Source: Patescibacteria group bacterium
GTDB taxonomy: Bacteria > Patescibacteriota > Patescibacteriia > JAXHNJ01
Assembly: GCA_034520665.1 (NCBI GenBank)
Contig: JAXHNJ010000002.1
Location: forward strand, 480,660-544,659
Direction of reading: 5' to 3'
DNA length: 64,000 bases
The notes beneath the pieces are model-generated. The model ran no database searches. It had not been told where the DNA came from and saw only the letters and a list, made by a program, of their open reading frames with translations. The translations under genes were made by a program, and so were the position numbers. Below, in pieces: positions 6,138 through 18,312 of the stretch. Within the stretch, counting starts at the first letter, position 1. Every line of letters begins with the position of its first letter.

Positions 6138-6295
6138 GAGATATTATTTACTTATTAATTTATTAATATAATTTCTCTTCTTTCTTGATTTGAAGTATTT
6201 TTCTCTTTTTATGGATTTTATAAAAAATATAAACAAAAAAACTAAACCAAGTCAAAAATTAGTTTAGCAGAGATTTTTCCTAAAATCAAATTAGT

Positions 6296-7240
6296 TTACT
6301 CTGATATTTCTTTAGGTTTTTTTCTTTGGAAGATTCTCAGTATTTTTGATAAACCCTCGCCTTTAGAAATCGATTCAAAAAGATAAGTCCAAACGCTGAA
6401 GCGGAAAGTAGCAATTAAAGAGCCAACAAAAATTATAATAGCCATGAAAATAGCGTAGCCCCAAGCAGTAAAAGGCAGGCTTAAAAAGGTGAGAACAGAA
6501 ACTATAACAAAAGTAATAACAAAATTTATCACATAAAGCAGTATGGCATTTTCTAAAGTAATGAGCCAGTTTTTACGAAAGAGATGAAAACTTGTTTTAA
6601 TAGAAGCTTTAATTTTTTCTCCGTTTAAAATCACATTAATAGTGGCGTATCTGACCAAAAATGAGATAAAAATATTTAAGGGTATAAGAATAATAAAAGC
6701 AAATACACTTAAGGTGGTGAGAGTACCTGTGCTTCCGGAATTAACGTAAGAAATAGCCAAAGGAATGCCAATAACTAAGAGTAATCCGTAGATTATAGCT
6801 TTGGCAATAAGATTTATAATTAATATAGGCCAGAATTTTTTTGTGCCGATAAAAAATCCGTCTAAAAAAGCGACACTCTTTTTCTTTTTAAAACGATGAG
6901 CCGCACTGATTATAGCTACTTGTGAAATAGTTATTAAATAAACCGCAGCCGCAGCAATAATTATACCAACTAGTACAACCAAAATAGAAGAAAAAACATT
7001 TTTAGTAAAAAAAGTGTTTAAATTTTCCGAAACTATCGAAAAAACACCCTCATTTAAAGTGTTACGCAGATTTTTGATAACTCTTTCTAAATTAGTTACT
7101 GTATCAATATTTCTGATAATAATATCATACTCTTCTCCATTAGCGGTTAAAGAGGCAAAAATACCAAAAAACCAAAGAAACTTCAGCTTTTTAGTTGTTG
7201 TCCAGGCTTTTTTTATTATTTCACGGTAAAAAATTTTCAT
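6296..7240 (-). CDS. polytopic membrane protein, unknown function
   Basis: ORF track. Six or more hydrophobic segments. No recognised motif. Confidence 0.55.
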   Translation of the reverse strand: MKIFYREIIKKAWTTTKKLKFLWFFGIFASLTANGEEYDIIIRNIDTVTNLERVIKNLRNTLNEGVFSIVSENLNTFFTKNVFSSILVVLVGIIIAAAAVYLITISQVAIISAAHRFKKKKSVAFLDGFFIGTKKFWPILIINLIAKAIIYGLLLVIGIPLAISYVNSGSTGTLTTLSVFAFIILIPLNIFISFLVRYATINVILNGEKIKASIKTSFHLFRKNWLITLENAILLYVINFVITFVIVSVLTFLSLPFTAWGYAIFMAIIIFVGSLIATFRFSVWTYLFESISKGEGLSKILRIFQRKKPKEISE

Positions 7241-7281
7241 CTAATTTTCCCTCCGATTATTATGCTGTTATTATACAATAG

Positions 7282-9135
7282 TTATTTTTTTGAAGCAAGT
7301 TCCTTTTTTCTTTTTTTATCTTTGAAAAAAAATTCAAATTTTTTCTTTTCGATAGTTTCTTTTTCTAATAATTCCTTTACAATTTTATTAAGAGTCTTTT
7401 TTTCTTTACTTATAATTTTCCTGGCCTTTTTATAAGCCTCAGCAATAATTTTTGAAACTTCATTATCTATTTTTTCAGCAATTTTTTCTGAATAATCCTT
7501 TTGGTCGTGAATTTCTTTGCCTAAAAAAACCAATTCGTCTTTTTTACCAAAAGTGCGGGGCCCTAAGGCTTCACTCATACCAAATTGAGTGACTAATTTT
7601 TTGGCTAATTCAGTAGCTTTTTTTAAGTCATTACTGGCCCCGGTAGTAATTTCGTTAAAAGTTTCTTTTTCGCAGGTAAAACCAGCTAAAAGGACAGTAA
7701 TATCTTCAATAAATTCAGAACGACTGTGTAAATTTTTATCCTCTAGAGGTAGTTTTAAAGTATAGCCAGCAGCTCGGCCTCTGGAAATGATCGAAATTTT
7801 GTGAACGGGATCTGTATTTGGCAATAAATGGGCCACTAAAGCATGGCCAGCTTCGTGATAAGCAGTAATTTTTTTCTCTTTTTTAGACAAAATACGGCTT
7901 TTTCTTTCTGGCCCAAGCATTACCTTTTCAATGGATTCAAGACAATCTTCCATACTTATCTTTTTCTTATTTTTTTTAGCCGCTAAAATAGCAGATTCGT
8001 TTAAGAGATTAGCTAAATCAGCTCCGGAAAAACCAGGGGTCCTTTGGGCAATTTTTTTAAAGTCAACACTATCATCAAAGGGTTTTTTCTTAATGTGTAC
8101 TTTAAGAATAGCTTCACGACCTTTAATATCCGGCATATCAATAATTACCCGTCGATCAAAGCGACCCGGACGCAAAAGAGCTGGATCCAAAACATCAGGT
8201 CTATTGGTAGCCGCAATAACAATAACATTATCACCGGTTTCAAAACCGTCCATTTCTACTAAAATTTGATTTAAGGTTTGTTCTCTTTCATCATGTGATC
8301 CACCTAAGCCAGCTCCTCTTTGGCGGCCAACAGCGTCCATTTCGTCAATAAATATTATACAAGGAGAGTTTTTTTTGGCTTTTTTAAAAAGGTCTCGCAC
8401 TCTTGAGGCTCCGACGCCAACAAACATTTCTACAAATTCAGAACCTGATATATTAAAGAAAGGCACATTAGCTTCACCGGCTACCGCTTTAGCTAAAAGA
8501 GTTTTACCCGTGCCGGGTGGCCCGACAATAAGCATACCCTTGGGAATACTAGCTCCAATAGTTAAAAACTTTTTGGGATGTTTCAAAAAATCAACGATTT
8601 CTTCCAATTCATCCTTAGCTTCTTTGACGCCAGCTACATCCTTGAAAGTAGTTTTCTTTTTTTTATTTTTTAAATTTGCTTCGCGAGCAGTGCTTTTGCC
8701 AAAAGAAAGGGCTCTGTTATTGCCACCCTGTACTTTACGCATAGTAAACCAAATAAAGCCAACAATAAGCAAAAAAGGCAGTAAAAAAGGCAATAAAGTA
8801 GCCAGCCAAAAAGAGAGACCAGATTCATCTTTAATAGTCAATTTTATTTTTTCAAGCTTAGATTGTTCAACACCGAAATTTTGCATTAGTTCTGAAAATG
8901 ATTCAGTAGTTTCTTTTTGACTAGTATATTTTTTATCTTCCATAGTAGTAATTTCCAATTTGTTGCCACCGCTAACTACTATTTCTTTAACTCTCTCATT
9001 TTTTATTATTTCAACTAACTTTGAAATATCTATTTTTTCAGACTGGTCAAGACCTGGATTAAAAAGACTTAAGACAGCAGCAAAGGCCAGGAAAATAAAG
9101 ATAAATATTATTATTTTTTTACCAATGTCTTTCAT
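7282..9135 (-). CDS. ftsH: ATP-dependent zinc metalloprotease FtsH
   Basis: N-terminal TM anchor, Walker [12 protein letters not shown] region, HEAGHAL zinc-binding motif. Confidence 0.95.
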   Translation of the reverse strand: MKDIGKKIIIFIFIFLAFAAVLSLFNPGLDQSEKIDISKLVEIIKNERVKEIVVSGGNKLEITTMEDKKYTSQKETTESFSELMQNFGVEQSKLEKIKLTIKDESGLSFWLATLLPFLLPFLLIVGFIWFTMRKVQGGNNRALSFGKSTAREANLKNKKKKTTFKDVAGVKEAKDELEEIVDFLKHPKKFLTIGASIPKGMLIVGPPGTGKTLLAKAVAGEANVPFFNISGSEFVEMFVGVGASRVRDLFKKAKKNSPCIIFIDEMDAVGRQRGAGLGGSHDEREQTLNQILVEMDGFETGDNVIVIAATNRPDVLDPALLRPGRFDRRVIIDMPDIKGREAILKVHIKKKPFDDSVDFKKIAQRTPGFSGADLANLLNESAILAAKKNKKKISMEDCLESIEKVMLGPERKSRILSKKEKKITAYHEAGHALVAHLLPNTDPVHKISIISRGRAAGYTLKLPLEDKNLHSRSEFIEDITVLLAGFTCEKETFNEITTGASNDLKKATELAKKLVTQFGMSEALGPRTFGKKDELVFLGKEIHDQKDYSEKIAEKIDNEVSKIIAEAYKKARKIISKEKKTLNKIVKELLEKETIEKKKFEFFFKDKKRKKELASKK

Positions 9136-9196
9136 TTATTTTATTTATTACTTAATTTATTATAAATTTTTAAACTAGCTTAAGCAAGTCTTTTAT

Positions 9197-10450
9197 TTAT
9201 TTTATTTTTTTACTTTTTTCTTTCTTTGTCCTAGAGGATGATTTGCTTTTAGTGGATTTTTTTTCATCCTTTTTTCTTTTACTTTCTGTTTTTTCTTCTT
9301 TTTTCTCTTCCTCTTTTTTAGAAACCTTCTTTTTCTTCTGGTTTTTTTTCTTTGGTTTATCGCCAGCTGCTTTAAGAGAAAGACCGAGCCGGTGATTTTC
9401 CGGTTCAATAGAAAGTATTTTTAATTTATATTCTTCATTTTCTTTAACTACTTCAGAAGGATGGTTGATTTTCTTTTCTGATAATTCAGAAATATGAACT
9501 AATCCATGAATATCCTTATCTAGCTCGATAAAAGCGCCAAAAGGATTTATTTTTAATACTTTACCTTTAACAATATCACCAACTTTGTATTTTTCGACCA
9601 CTTCTTTCCAGGGGTCTTCTTCTAATTTTTTTATAGAAAGAGATATTTTTGTATCTTCAATACTAATAATTTTTGCTTTAATTTTATCGCTCACCTCAAA
9701 TTTATTTCTTGGATTTTCTATTCTTTGCCAGGCTAGTTCTGATATATGAATTAAGCCTTCTAAACCATCGCCGAATTCTATAAATATACCAAAGTCAACT
9801 ACGCCAGTTATTTTACCCTCTATTATATCGCCGACATTGTATTTTGATATTACTTTTTTTCTCTCTTTTTTCCAGGCTGCTTTTTCTGATAAAATGAGTT
9901 TGCTTTCTGATTCGTCAACATCAATAATTTTAGCTTTGATTTTTTGGCCGACAAACTCTTTTAGCTTATTTAATATTTTATTTTTATCACCGCCTTCAAC
10001 TCTTGGGTAGTGTTCAGGTATAAGTTGTGAAACAGGCATAAATCCCTCTATTTTTCCTACTTTAACCATTAAGCCGCCACGATTAGCGTCGGTAATGCTG
10101 GTATCAATTATTTCTTCTTTTTCCATCATTTTTTGAAGATTATTCCAAGCTTTTTGATGCCCAGCTGCCCGGAATGATAGCTCTATTTCCCCGTTTTCAT
10201 TTTCTAATTCAAGTACAGTGGCTTGTACTTTATCTCCGGACTTAACATCAGAAAATTCTCCTGATTCATCAATAATTTCTTTACCTCGAACCACTCCAGT
10301 AGCAATACCGTCAATATCTAAATAAACAGCGCCCCGGGAAATATATATTACCTTGGCTTTTATTAAATCACCAACCTTAGGTAGGATGGGTTGGTCTTCT
10401 TTTTGTAAAAGCTTCTCCATTTTAGAAGCTTTTTGGCTAGTGTCAGTCAT
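9197..10450 (-). CDS. rpsA: ribosomal protein S1-like protein (four S1 domains) with Lys-rich C-terminal tail
   Basis: Repeated S1 OB-fold signatures (GxVxxIxxFGAFI, HISE), about 70 aa each. Confidence 0.8.
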   Translation of the reverse strand: MTDTSQKASKMEKLLQKEDQPILPKVGDLIKAKVIYISRGAVYLDIDGIATGVVRGKEIIDESGEFSDVKSGDKVQATVLELENENGEIELSFRAAGHQKAWNNLQKMMEKEEIIDTSITDANRGGLMVKVGKIEGFMPVSQLIPEHYPRVEGGDKNKILNKLKEFVGQKIKAKIIDVDESESKLILSEKAAWKKERKKVISKYNVGDIIEGKITGVVDFGIFIEFGDGLEGLIHISELAWQRIENPRNKFEVSDKIKAKIISIEDTKISLSIKKLEEDPWKEVVEKYKVGDIVKGKVLKINPFGAFIELDKDIHGLVHISELSEKKINHPSEVVKENEEYKLKILSIEPENHRLGLSLKAAGDKPKKKNQKKKKVSKKEEEKKEEKTESKRKKDEKKSTKSKSSSRTKKEKSKKIK

Positions 10451-10572
10451 ATTTGTTTTTTTTAACCAATCTCTGAAAGAGAGTTTAGTCCCTGTTTGTC
10501 CTTTATTAAAAAACAGGGTTATTTATTACTTAAGAGGACAAGTATAAGCATTATAAGGGAATATGCTATTTT

Positions 10573-10604
10573 TGACAAGGCTTATTAAGCTTATGTAAAA
10601 AAAA
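10573..10604 (+). promoter_or_regulatory. sigma70-like promoter (TTGACA ... extended -10 TGATATAAT)
   Basis: TTGACA at 10573-10578 and TGATATAAT at 10596-10604, upstream of ORF 10647. Confidence 0.45.
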
Positions 10605-10646
10605 TGATATAATAAAGGCAGGCAATAATATAATAAACTTAAATTT

Positions 10647-11423
10647 ATGGCTCAACGAATTAACATATCAAGAGCTAAAAAACATCTCTCGGGTCTGGTT
10701 ACCCGTGGGGGGCGAGGTATTGGTGATAAAAGATTTGGACAAATATTAAAATCAAATAAAAATATTAAGTCTAATCCAACTTTAAGAAAAGCAGCTGATG
10801 AAATCGCCCGAAATAAAAGTAAAAAATCTACGGTTAGCCGAAATACTTTTAAACGTTTAAGTAAGGCTATTGTTAAACACGGAAGAGAGGGATTTGAGGG
10901 CTCAGGAGTGAAAAGAGCGAGCTTATCAAAAAAAGGCCGTGAAGTAACTAAAGCACATAAATCATTTATTAAAAAAGTGGTTAATGAACAAAAAGAAGCA
11001 GAAAAACCACAAGGGCCGACTCCGCAAGAACTGGAAAAACAGAAAAAAAGAGAACAAGCTTTAAAAAACCTTAATATTTATCGCCAGCGTAAGGAAATTG
11101 AAAAAGAACAGGGGAGATTTAATCCCCGAAAAAGCGGACAAAGTTCAAATGAAGAAAAACAAGAAGAAAATAAAGAAAATACTATAGACCAGCCCTCTAG
11201 CGTTCCTCTTTCTTCTGGCGGCATACCACAGCCAAATGAAATTTCTACTGAAAATAGAGAATATTTTTCACCCGACACAAACGATGAAAATTTAGGAAAT
11301 ACAGATAAAAAATCCGATAAAATAAGTTCTTTAGAAGAAAAAAGGAAGAGCTTTTCGGATAGTGATGATGATTCAGATGAGAATCTGGAAGAACCACCAG
11401 ATGAAGGGCTTTTTGCTGCTTAA
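10647..11423 (+). CDS. hypothetical charged low-complexity protein with acidic C-terminus
   Basis: ORF track. K/R-rich N-half, D/E/S-rich C-half. No recognised domain. Confidence 0.5.
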   Translation: MAQRINISRAKKHLSGLVTRGGRGIGDKRFGQILKSNKNIKSNPTLRKAADEIARNKSKKSTVSRNTFKRLSKAIVKHGREGFEGSGVKRASLSKKGREVTKAHKSFIKKVVNEQKEAEKPQGPTPQELEKQKKREQALKNLNIYRQRKEIEKEQGRFNPRKSGQSSNEEKQEENKENTIDQPSSVPLSSGGIPQPNEISTENREYFSPDTNDENLGNTDKKSDKISSLEEKRKSFSDSDDDSDENLEEPPDEGLFAA

Positions 11424-11534
11424 TATTAAGCTAATATTAGTTTAATAATCAACTATGAAAATAGGGAATAAAAAGCTTTACTTTTCCCCTATATTTTGCT
11501 AAAATCAAGGGAGAAATCCTTATTTTTTTATATT

Positions 11535-12167
11535 ATGAAAATAAAATGGTATGGTCTTTCTTGCTTTAATGTGAAGACCAAAAAAGCAAATATTTTAATT
11601 GATCCCTTTAATTCAAAGGTGGGACTTAAACCGCCTCGTCTTAAAGTAGATTTACTTTTAATTAGCCGGGATGACAAGGAGCATAATAATAAAAAGTCAG
11701 CTACAGGTAAGCCTTATGTTATTGATTCTCCAGGAGAATATGAATTACACAATGTTTTCGTTTTTGGTATTAGAGGCTTTACAGATGAAAAGAAAAAAAG
11801 TAAGCAACCTTTGACTATGTTTTTAATTCAAAGTGAAGGAATAACTATTGGACATTTATCCAATATAAATTGTGTACCTTCAGAAAAATATCTTGAACGT
11901 CTGGAAAATGTGGATATTTTATTTGTACCGGTAGGAGGAAAAAATACTTTAGAAGCGGAGCAGGCTACTAAAATTATTTCAGAAATAGAGCCCAGAATTG
12001 TAGTGCCAATGTATTACAAAACACCAAAATTAAAAGTTGATCTAGAAAGTGCTGATAAATTTGTTCGTGAAATGGGATTAAAAGAAAGAGAAGTTATTGA
12101 CAGCTTAAATATTAAGAAAAAAGATTTACCTCAGGAAGAAACAAAAGTATTTTTACTAAAACCTTAA
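11535..12167 (+). CDS. MBL-fold metal-dependent hydrolase (UPF0173-like)
   Basis: MKIKWYGLSCFNV start with AGGGAGA SD upstream. Track ORF begins 11496, but the Met at 11535 has the RBS. Confidence 0.65.
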   Translation: MKIKWYGLSCFNVKTKKANILIDPFNSKVGLKPPRLKVDLLLISRDDKEHNNKKSATGKPYVIDSPGEYELHNVFVFGIRGFTDEKKKSKQPLTMFLIQSEGITIGHLSNINCVPSEKYLERLENVDILFVPVGGKNTLEAEQATKIISEIEPRIVVPMYYKTPKLKVDLESADKFVREMGLKEREVIDSLNIKKKDLPQEETKVFLLKP

Positions 12168-12179
12168 TATTTAAATGAA

Positions 12180-12566
12180 ATGCCTGAGAAAAAATCAGAA
12201 AAATTGAAAGTTAGAGTAACTAAAGACAAAAAAAAGAAAAAACCTAAAAAAAGTTTTATACCGCAAAAGAAAAAGAAAAAATCTAGAGAAAGTAATAATC
12301 AGAAGAACGAAAAAAAGAAGTTGATGATTATTGTTGGTGTGATAATGTTAGTAATATTTATTGTTTGGCTTTCTTTTTTAGGGACTAGCTTAGAAAGAGT
12401 AGAAAATCGAGGAAGATCTTTTTTTAGTAATGTCTTGAGTGGCTTAAAAAATGACTTTTCAGATATAAAAAAAGAATTCAATAATGCTAAGGATGATATT
12501 TCCGGGGCTTTGGATAAAACAAAAGAAGAGCAATTAGAAAATAATATTTTTCCAGAAACTAAATAA
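12180..12566 (+). CDS. hypothetical membrane-anchored protein with Lys-rich N-terminus
   Basis: ORF track. One TM helix. Confidence 0.4.
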   Translation: MPEKKSEKLKVRVTKDKKKKKPKKSFIPQKKKKKSRESNNQKNEKKKLMIIVGVIMLVIFIVWLSFLGTSLERVENRGRSFFSNVLSGLKNDFSDIKKEFNNAKDDISGALDKTKEEQLENNIFPETK

Positions 12567-12570
12567 AATT

Positions 12571-15135
12571 ATGCCAAGAAAAAAAAGCAAGAAAAAGTCC
12601 GCAAAAAATAAACCAGGCGGCCAAAAGAAAAAAACTAGTAAAAAAAATACTCAAAATAAGAAAAAGAAAAAAAGCCTCCCAGAAGAAAAGATTAATCAAA
12701 TCGGTAAATTAAAAGAACAGTCAATTGTTGAAGAGATGCAGACTTGTTATTTAGATTATGCTATGTCGGTTATTGTAGCCAGGGCCTTGCCAGATGTACG
12801 CGACGGTTTAAAACCGGTTCACCGCCGTATTTTATACGCTATGTGGAAAATCGGTTTACACGCTGGAGCAAAGTTTAGAAAATCAGCCACTGTGGTCGGT
12901 GAAGTTTTAGGTAAATATCATCCTCATGGTGATGTGGCTGTTTATGATACTTTAGTGCGTCTGGCCCAGCCTTTTTCTATGAGATATCCTTTGGTAAACG
13001 GCCAGGGTAATTTTGGTTCAATTGACGGAGATAATGCGGCTGCTATGCGTTATACAGAGTCAAAACTGCAGAAGATAGCGGGAAAAATGTTGGTTGACAT
13101 TGAAAAAGAAACAGTGGATTTTGTCCCTAATTATGACGGTACTCATAAAGAACCGGTAGTTTTACCGGCTAAGCTGCCTAATTTTTTATTAAATGGCACT
13201 ATTGGTATCGCCGTGGGTATGGCTACTAATGTACCACCGCATAATTTAACAGAAATAATTAATGCTACTATTCATCTTATTGAAAAGCCAAAAGCAGATG
13301 TAGAAGACTTAATGGAATTTGTTAAAGGACCGGATTTTCCCACTGGCGGTATTATTTATAACTTTGAAGATATTAAACAGACCTATGCGACTGGTAAGGG
13401 CGGAATTGTAGTCAGAGCCAAGGCTGAAATTGTTGAGGATAAAATAAATAAATTTAAAATAATAGTAACAGAAATCCCCTACCAAGTTAATAAATCTACT
13501 TTGTTGGAAAAAATAGCTGATTTAGTTAAGGACAAAAAGCTAGGGGGTATTAGCGATTTGCGTGATGAATCTGATAAAGACGGCATCCGTATTGTAATAG
13601 AGTTGAAAAAAGATGCTTATCCCAAAAAGGTTTTGAACCAACTTTTTAAACAAACTCAGCTTCAAACTAAGTTCCATGTTAATATGTTAGCCTTAGTTGA
13701 TCGGATACAACCGAGAGTGCTGAGCCTGAAAATGGTTTTAGAAGAGTATATTAAACATCGCCGAGAAATAGTAAAAAGACGAACTGAATATGAATTAAAG
13801 CAGGCCAAGGCACGAGCTCATATTTTAGAAGGTTTAAAAATTTGTCTGGCTAAAATTGACGCTGTTATTAAATTAATTAAAAAATCAAAAGACAAAGAAA
13901 AAGCGGCCAAAGCTCTGATTAAAAAGTATAAACTAACTGAAATTCAAGCTAATGCTATTTTAGAAATGAAACTGCAGCAATTATCCGGACTGGAAAGAAA
14001 AAAGATTCTGGACGAATTAAAAGAAAAGAAAAAATTAATTAAAGACTTAAAAGGTATTCTAACTTCCAAAAATAAAAAAATGAATATCATTAAGAAAGAA
14101 TTGGAAGAAGTTAAGGAAAAATATGGTGATGAGAGAAAAACTAAGGTTGTCTCCAGTGCTATTGATAAATTTAGCCAGGAAGATCTTATTCCTAAAGAAG
14201 CTATCATGGTTATGGCTACTCGTGACGGGTATATTAAAAGAATTGCTCCCACTTCTTTTAAAAAACAGAGCCGGGGCGGCAAAGGAGTAATTGGTTTGAC
14301 TACCAAAGAAAAGGATACAGTTTCAACATTTTTTTCCACTAATACTCACGCTGACCTCCTCTTCTTTACCAGTAAAGGAAAGGTTTTTCAGCTCAAAGCT
14401 TATGACTTACCAGTAGCCTCTCGCCAAGCTAAAGGTCAATCTATAGTTAATTTTTTACAACTAGATTCAACTGAAAAAGTATCATCTATTTTACCCTTGG
14501 ATGAATTACAAGGTTATAAATATTTAATGATGGCTACAAGAAAAGGAGTAATTAAAAAAGTTAATATTGAATCCTTTGCTAAAATACGACGTTCTGGTCT
14601 TATTGCTATTCGATTGAAAGAAAAAGACCAACTAGAGTGGGTCAAGCCTTCAACTGGCAAAGATGAAATAATTTTGGCCAGTGAAAAAGGCCAAGCTATA
14701 AGATTTAAAGAAAAAGATGTGCGTGCCATGGGCCGTTCAGCGGCTGGTGTTAGAGCTATTAAATTAAAAGAAGAAGATGAAGTTTCCGGCATGGATATGA
14801 TTAATCAAAAAAGTAAAGTTACTGATTTGCAGTTGATTACAGTTATGGGTAAGGGTTATGGCAAGCGTACTAATTTAAGCAGTTATAAAGTGCAAAGACG
14901 AGGTGGAGTGGGTATAAAAACATCTAAGGTAAGTGATAAAACCGGTAAAATTATTGCTGCTTTTATAGTTGATAAAAATTTGGAAAAAGAAGATTTGATT
15001 ATAGTCTCTGAAAAAGGGCAGGTTATTCGCCTGGCTTTAAAAGAAGTGCCAGCACTTAACCGAGCCACCCAAGGGGTTAAGTTAATGCGTTTTTCAGACC
15101 AAAGCGACCGGGTGGCTTCAGTTACTTTTATTTAA
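12571..15135 (+). CDS. gyrA: DNA gyrase subunit A with Lys-rich N-terminal extension
   Basis: [17 protein letters not shown], catalytic Tyr region, GyrA-box-like QSRGGKG in the C-terminal beta-pinwheel. Confidence 0.92.
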   Translation: MPRKKSKKKSAKNKPGGQKKKTSKKNTQNKKKKKSLPEEKINQIGKLKEQSIVEEMQTCYLDYAMSVIVARALPDVRDGLKPVHRRILYAMWKIGLHAGAKFRKSATVVGEVLGKYHPHGDVAVYDTLVRLAQPFSMRYPLVNGQGNFGSIDGDNAAAMRYTESKLQKIAGKMLVDIEKETVDFVPNYDGTHKEPVVLPAKLPNFLLNGTIGIAVGMATNVPPHNLTEIINATIHLIEKPKADVEDLMEFVKGPDFPTGGIIYNFEDIKQTYATGKGGIVVRAKAEIVEDKINKFKIIVTEIPYQVNKSTLLEKIADLVKDKKLGGISDLRDESDKDGIRIVIELKKDAYPKKVLNQLFKQTQLQTKFHVNMLALVDRIQPRVLSLKMVLEEYIKHRREIVKRRTEYELKQAKARAHILEGLKICLAKIDAVIKLIKKSKDKEKAAKALIKKYKLTEIQANAILEMKLQQLSGLERKKILDELKEKKKLIKDLKGILTSKNKKMNIIKKELEEVKEKYGDERKTKVVSSAIDKFSQEDLIPKEAIMVMATRDGYIKRIAPTSFKKQSRGGKGVIGLTTKEKDTVSTFFSTNTHADLLFFTSKGKVFQLKAYDLPVASRQAKGQSIVNFLQLDSTEKVSSILPLDELQGYKYLMMATRKGVIKKVNIESFAKIRRSGLIAIRLKEKDQLEWVKPSTGKDEIILASEKGQAIRFKEKDVRAMGRSAAGVRAIKLKEEDEVSGMDMINQKSKVTDLQLITVMGKGYGKRTNLSSYKVQRRGGVGIKTSKVSDKTGKIIAAFIVDKNLEKEDLIIVSEKGQVIRLALKEVPALNRATQGVKLMRFSDQSDRVASVTFI

Positions 15136-15152
15136 TAAATAATTATAATAAT

Positions 15153-15377
15153 ATGTCTGTTCCGAAAAAAAGAAAATCAAAAAGTTCAGTTAGAAAAAAA
15201 AGAAGCCACCAGGCTTTAAAAAGCAAACAATTAATAGTTTGCTCACACTGTAATAAAAAGATTATGCCTCACCAAATTTGTCCTTACTGTGGCTATTATA
15301 AAGGCAAAGAGGTCATCAATATAAAGCTAAAAAAAGAAAGAAAAGAAAAAAGGAAGAAAAAAAGAGAATCTAAATAA
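15153..15377 (+). CDS. rpmF: 50S ribosomal protein L32 with Lys-rich C-terminal extension
   Basis: MSVPKKRKSKSSVRKKRSH and CxxC..CxxC zinc ribbon. Confidence 0.85.
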   Translation: MSVPKKRKSKSSVRKKRSHQALKSKQLIVCSHCNKKIMPHQICPYCGYYKGKEVINIKLKKERKEKRKKKRESK

Positions 15378-15393
15378 TTAATTATTTAGTTTT

Positions 15394-16593
15394 TTGAAAA
15401 ATTTATTGAAAGTTAATCAAAAAATACTCTATTTTTTACTTTTTTTTCTGACTTTGGCATTTTTACTGATAAATTTAGATAATTTTGCTGGTATTGATTA
15501 TAGTTACTGGTCCAAGCAGATATTTGGTTATTATAAGCAAATAAAGACCGGTCAGATTTTTCCTGCTTTTTTTCTTTCTCATCCGGCGGCTACAGTTTTA
15601 CATATTGGTAGTTTCTCAATTTTTATCCAGTCATGGTTCAAAAATGTAAAATTAGATCAAATATATCTGGCTATTAAAATTCCCTTTGTATTAATAGTCA
15701 GTTTTTTTATCCCCTTAATTTACTATTTATTAAAAAAAATAAATTTTTCTAAAAAAGTTAGTTTCTTAACTGCTTTATTAATTTCTCTGAATACTTTGAT
15801 TTGGCGTAGTAATCCGGCTGATATTCTTTTTGGTATTTTTTCAACTACCTCTATTTTAATTTTTATAATTTATCTTAAAGAAAAGAAGAATTCTTTTTTA
15901 TATTTATCGGCTTTTTTATGTGGTCTAAGTATTCTCAGTAGATTTAGTGGAGTTTTGATTTTACCGGTAATACTTTTTTTAATTATAGTTTTTAAGCATA
16001 GATATGACGTCAATTATAGAAATATTTTTAAAAAATTATTAATTTATATTCTAATAATTTTAATTATATTTTTAATTTTTTGGCCTAATTTATGGTTTTC
16101 GGGTATTGATCCCTTAATTAATAAGTGGCAGGGCAATCAAAATGCTCTGATAATCCAAACAAACCATACTAACAGCAAAGCTATCAATATTATAAATAAT
16201 TTCTGCGACACAATTGAAGCTTTGCCAGGCCTGGAACTTATTTTTTCTTCTTTATTTTTATTATTTTCTATAAACTTTTTTCTAAAAAAGAAAAGAACTG
16301 TCCAGGAATTTTTAAGCATAATTTTATTTATAATAGTTATATTTTTCTTTACGGCTGCTTTATTTATAAAACCAAAAATTTGGTCTATTCGTTATTCAAT
16401 ACCGGCTTTAATAATTCTTGATATTATTGTTAGTTATACAATATTTAGGGGCTATAAATGGTTAAAACAAAAAATGTCAAAAAAGATAGTAATTATTCCT
16501 TATATTTTAATAATTATTATTTTATATATTTTTTCTAACCTGGAAACTTTTATTCAATTCAAAGTATTTAGGTTTTTGTTGAAAATCTTTTAA
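15394..16593 (+). CDS. polytopic membrane protein, GT-C-like glycosyltransferase fold suspected
   Basis: At least ten TM segments. Resembles ArnT/PMT-like topology only loosely. Confidence 0.45.
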   Translation: MKNLLKVNQKILYFLLFFLTLAFLLINLDNFAGIDYSYWSKQIFGYYKQIKTGQIFPAFFLSHPAATVLHIGSFSIFIQSWFKNVKLDQIYLAIKIPFVLIVSFFIPLIYYLLKKINFSKKVSFLTALLISLNTLIWRSNPADILFGIFSTTSILIFIIYLKEKKNSFLYLSAFLCGLSILSRFSGVLILPVILFLIIVFKHRYDVNYRNIFKKLLIYILIILIIFLIFWPNLWFSGIDPLINKWQGNQNALIIQTNHTNSKAINIINNFCDTIEALPGLELIFSSLFLLFSINFFLKKKRTVQEFLSIILFIIVIFFFTAALFIKPKIWSIRYSIPALIILDIIVSYTIFRGYKWLKQKMSKKIVIIPYILIIIILYIFSNLETFIQFKVFRFLLKIF

Positions 16594-16631
16594 AAATATT
16601 GTATTCTTTAAGTACTAAATAATATTTATTT

Positions 16632-17072
16632 ATGTCCAATCGACACTTATCCAGAACTATTGCCTTACAGACTTTATATGAATGGGATTTTAATGAAAAA
16701 GATGAGAAAAATTTACTGAAAAATTTAAAAACAAATGCCCATGAATTTGCGCCTGATTTTAATGATAAAGGTTTTTCTCAGTCAATAGTTAGGGAAGTAA
16801 TCAAAAAATCAGAGGAGATTGATAAGATTATTGAAAAATACGCTCCGGACTGGCCTATAGACCAAATAACCATAGTTGACCGGAATGTCTTGCGTATGGG
16901 TATTTATGAACTTAAATACAATCCTGAAATTCCGCCTAAAGTGGCTATAAATGAAGCTATTGAACTGGCCAAGGGTTTTGGTGGCCAATCCTCAGGCAAG
17001 TTTGTTAATGGGGTTTTAGGGGCTGTTTTTAGAGATATGAATAAAAGCCAAGACAGTAAAAATAAAAAATAG
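16632..17072 (+). CDS. nusB: transcription antitermination factor NusB
   Basis: [20 protein letters not shown] and conserved Arg-rich helix. Confidence 0.85.
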   Translation: MSNRHLSRTIALQTLYEWDFNEKDEKNLLKNLKTNAHEFAPDFNDKGFSQSIVREVIKKSEEIDKIIEKYAPDWPIDQITIVDRNVLRMGIYELKYNPEIPPKVAINEAIELAKGFGGQSSGKFVNGVLGAVFRDMNKSQDSKNKK

Positions 17073-17765
17073 ATGAGAAATTTTGCCAAGCTTGAAAAAA
17101 AAATAGATTATAGATTTAAAAATAAAGAGCTTCTTAAACAGGCTCTTGTTCACCGCTCTTATCTTAATGAAAATCCAGACTTTCCTCTACCTCATAATGA
17201 ACGTCTGGAATTTTTAGGTGATGCGGTTATTGAATTAGTGGTCACTGTTTTTTTATTTAAAAATTATCCCAATCCTGAGGGAGATTTAACCAACTTTAGA
17301 GCTAGTTTAGTTAATACCAAAATGCTGGCCCAGAGAGCTCGGGAGCTTGATCTGGAAAAATATCTTTATTTAAGTAAGGGTGAAGCCAAAGACAAAAATC
17401 AAAAAGCCCGTCAGAGTATTTTAGCCAATACTTTTGAATCAATGGTCGGAGCTATTTATCTCGATCAGGGGTTTAAAAAGGCTAATAAATTTATTACCGA
17501 AAATTTATTACAAGAATTTCCTAATATCTTAAAGGAAAGATTATATATTGATGCTAAGAGCCGATTACAAGAAATTGTTCAGGATAAGGTGGGAGTGACC
17601 CCGGAATATAAAGTTTTAAAGGAATGGGGTCCGGATCATAGCCGAAAATTTAATATTGGCGTGTTTTTTGGTAAGGAATTAGTAGCTGAAGGAGTGGGCA
17701 GCTCGAAACAGGAGGGCCAGATGAAAGCCGCTGAAAAAGCTTTAATTAAAAAAGGATGGCAATAA
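17073..17765 (+). CDS. rnc: ribonuclease III
   Basis: ERLEFLGDAVIEL signature plus C-terminal dsRBD. Confidence 0.93.
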   Translation: MRNFAKLEKKIDYRFKNKELLKQALVHRSYLNENPDFPLPHNERLEFLGDAVIELVVTVFLFKNYPNPEGDLTNFRASLVNTKMLAQRARELDLEKYLYLSKGEAKDKNQKARQSILANTFESMVGAIYLDQGFKKANKFITENLLQEFPNILKERLYIDAKSRLQEIVQDKVGVTPEYKVLKEWGPDHSRKFNIGVFFGKELVAEGVGSSKQEGQMKAAEKALIKKGWQ

Positions 17766-17769
17766 GGAT

Positions 17770-18261
17770 ATGGACTATGGCCTGATCATAGTAACTATTA
17801 TTTGTTTGGCTATTATGCTGGCCGGTCTGATCAGTATAATTTTTCCCTTTTTACCGAGTATTCCTTTTATCTGGCTCGGTATTTTTTTATACGCTGTTGC
17901 TACTCATTTTGCTAAAGTAGACGAAAAATTTATTCTTATTATCACTATTATGCTTTTGGCAGTGATATTAATGGATTATATGACCGAGTTTTGGGGCCTG
18001 AAAAAATGGCGCTTTAGTTTTTGGGCTGTTTTCGGCGCGATTTTAGGGGGTATTATTGGTTCCTTTTTTAATCTAGTTTTAGGCTTGCTTCTAGGAGCCT
18101 TAGTCGGGGCTTTAATCGCTGAAGTACTTTCTGGCCAAGATATAACCTTTGCTATTAAAACCAAAAAATATACTATTATTTGTTATGTGGCTGGCACTAT
18201 TATTAAATTAGCCGTCGGGGTTTCTATGATTGGCATGTTTATTTATAAACTTATTCAATAG
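17770..18261 (+). CDS. DUF456-like small membrane protein
   Basis: Four TM helices, Gly-rich segments. Confidence 0.55.
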   Translation: MDYGLIIVTIICLAIMLAGLISIIFPFLPSIPFIWLGIFLYAVATHFAKVDEKFILIITIMLLAVILMDYMTEFWGLKKWRFSFWAVFGAILGGIIGSFFNLVLGLLLGALVGALIAEVLSGQDITFAIKTKKYTIICYVAGTIIKLAVGVSMIGMFIYKLIQ

Positions 18262-18285
18262 TTTATAATTTTTACCAAAAAGAAA

Positions 18286-18309
18286 CCCCCATTTTAATAA
18301 AAAAGGGGG
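18286..18309. terminator. bidirectional terminator-like hairpin CCCCC...GGGGG between convergent genes
   Basis: AAACCCCC-loop-GGGGGT flanked by A/T runs. Confidence 0.4.
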
Positions 18310-18312
18310 TGT

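Noticed and set aside
7931-8920. Plus-strand ORFs 7931-8269, 8044-8262, 8375-8920
   Set aside because: They are antisense to ftsH, which has unambiguous motifs.
9202-9408. Minus-strand 68-aa Lys-rich ORF
   Set aside because: Alternative frame within the Lys-rich 3-prime tail of the S1-like gene. Low-complexity artefact.
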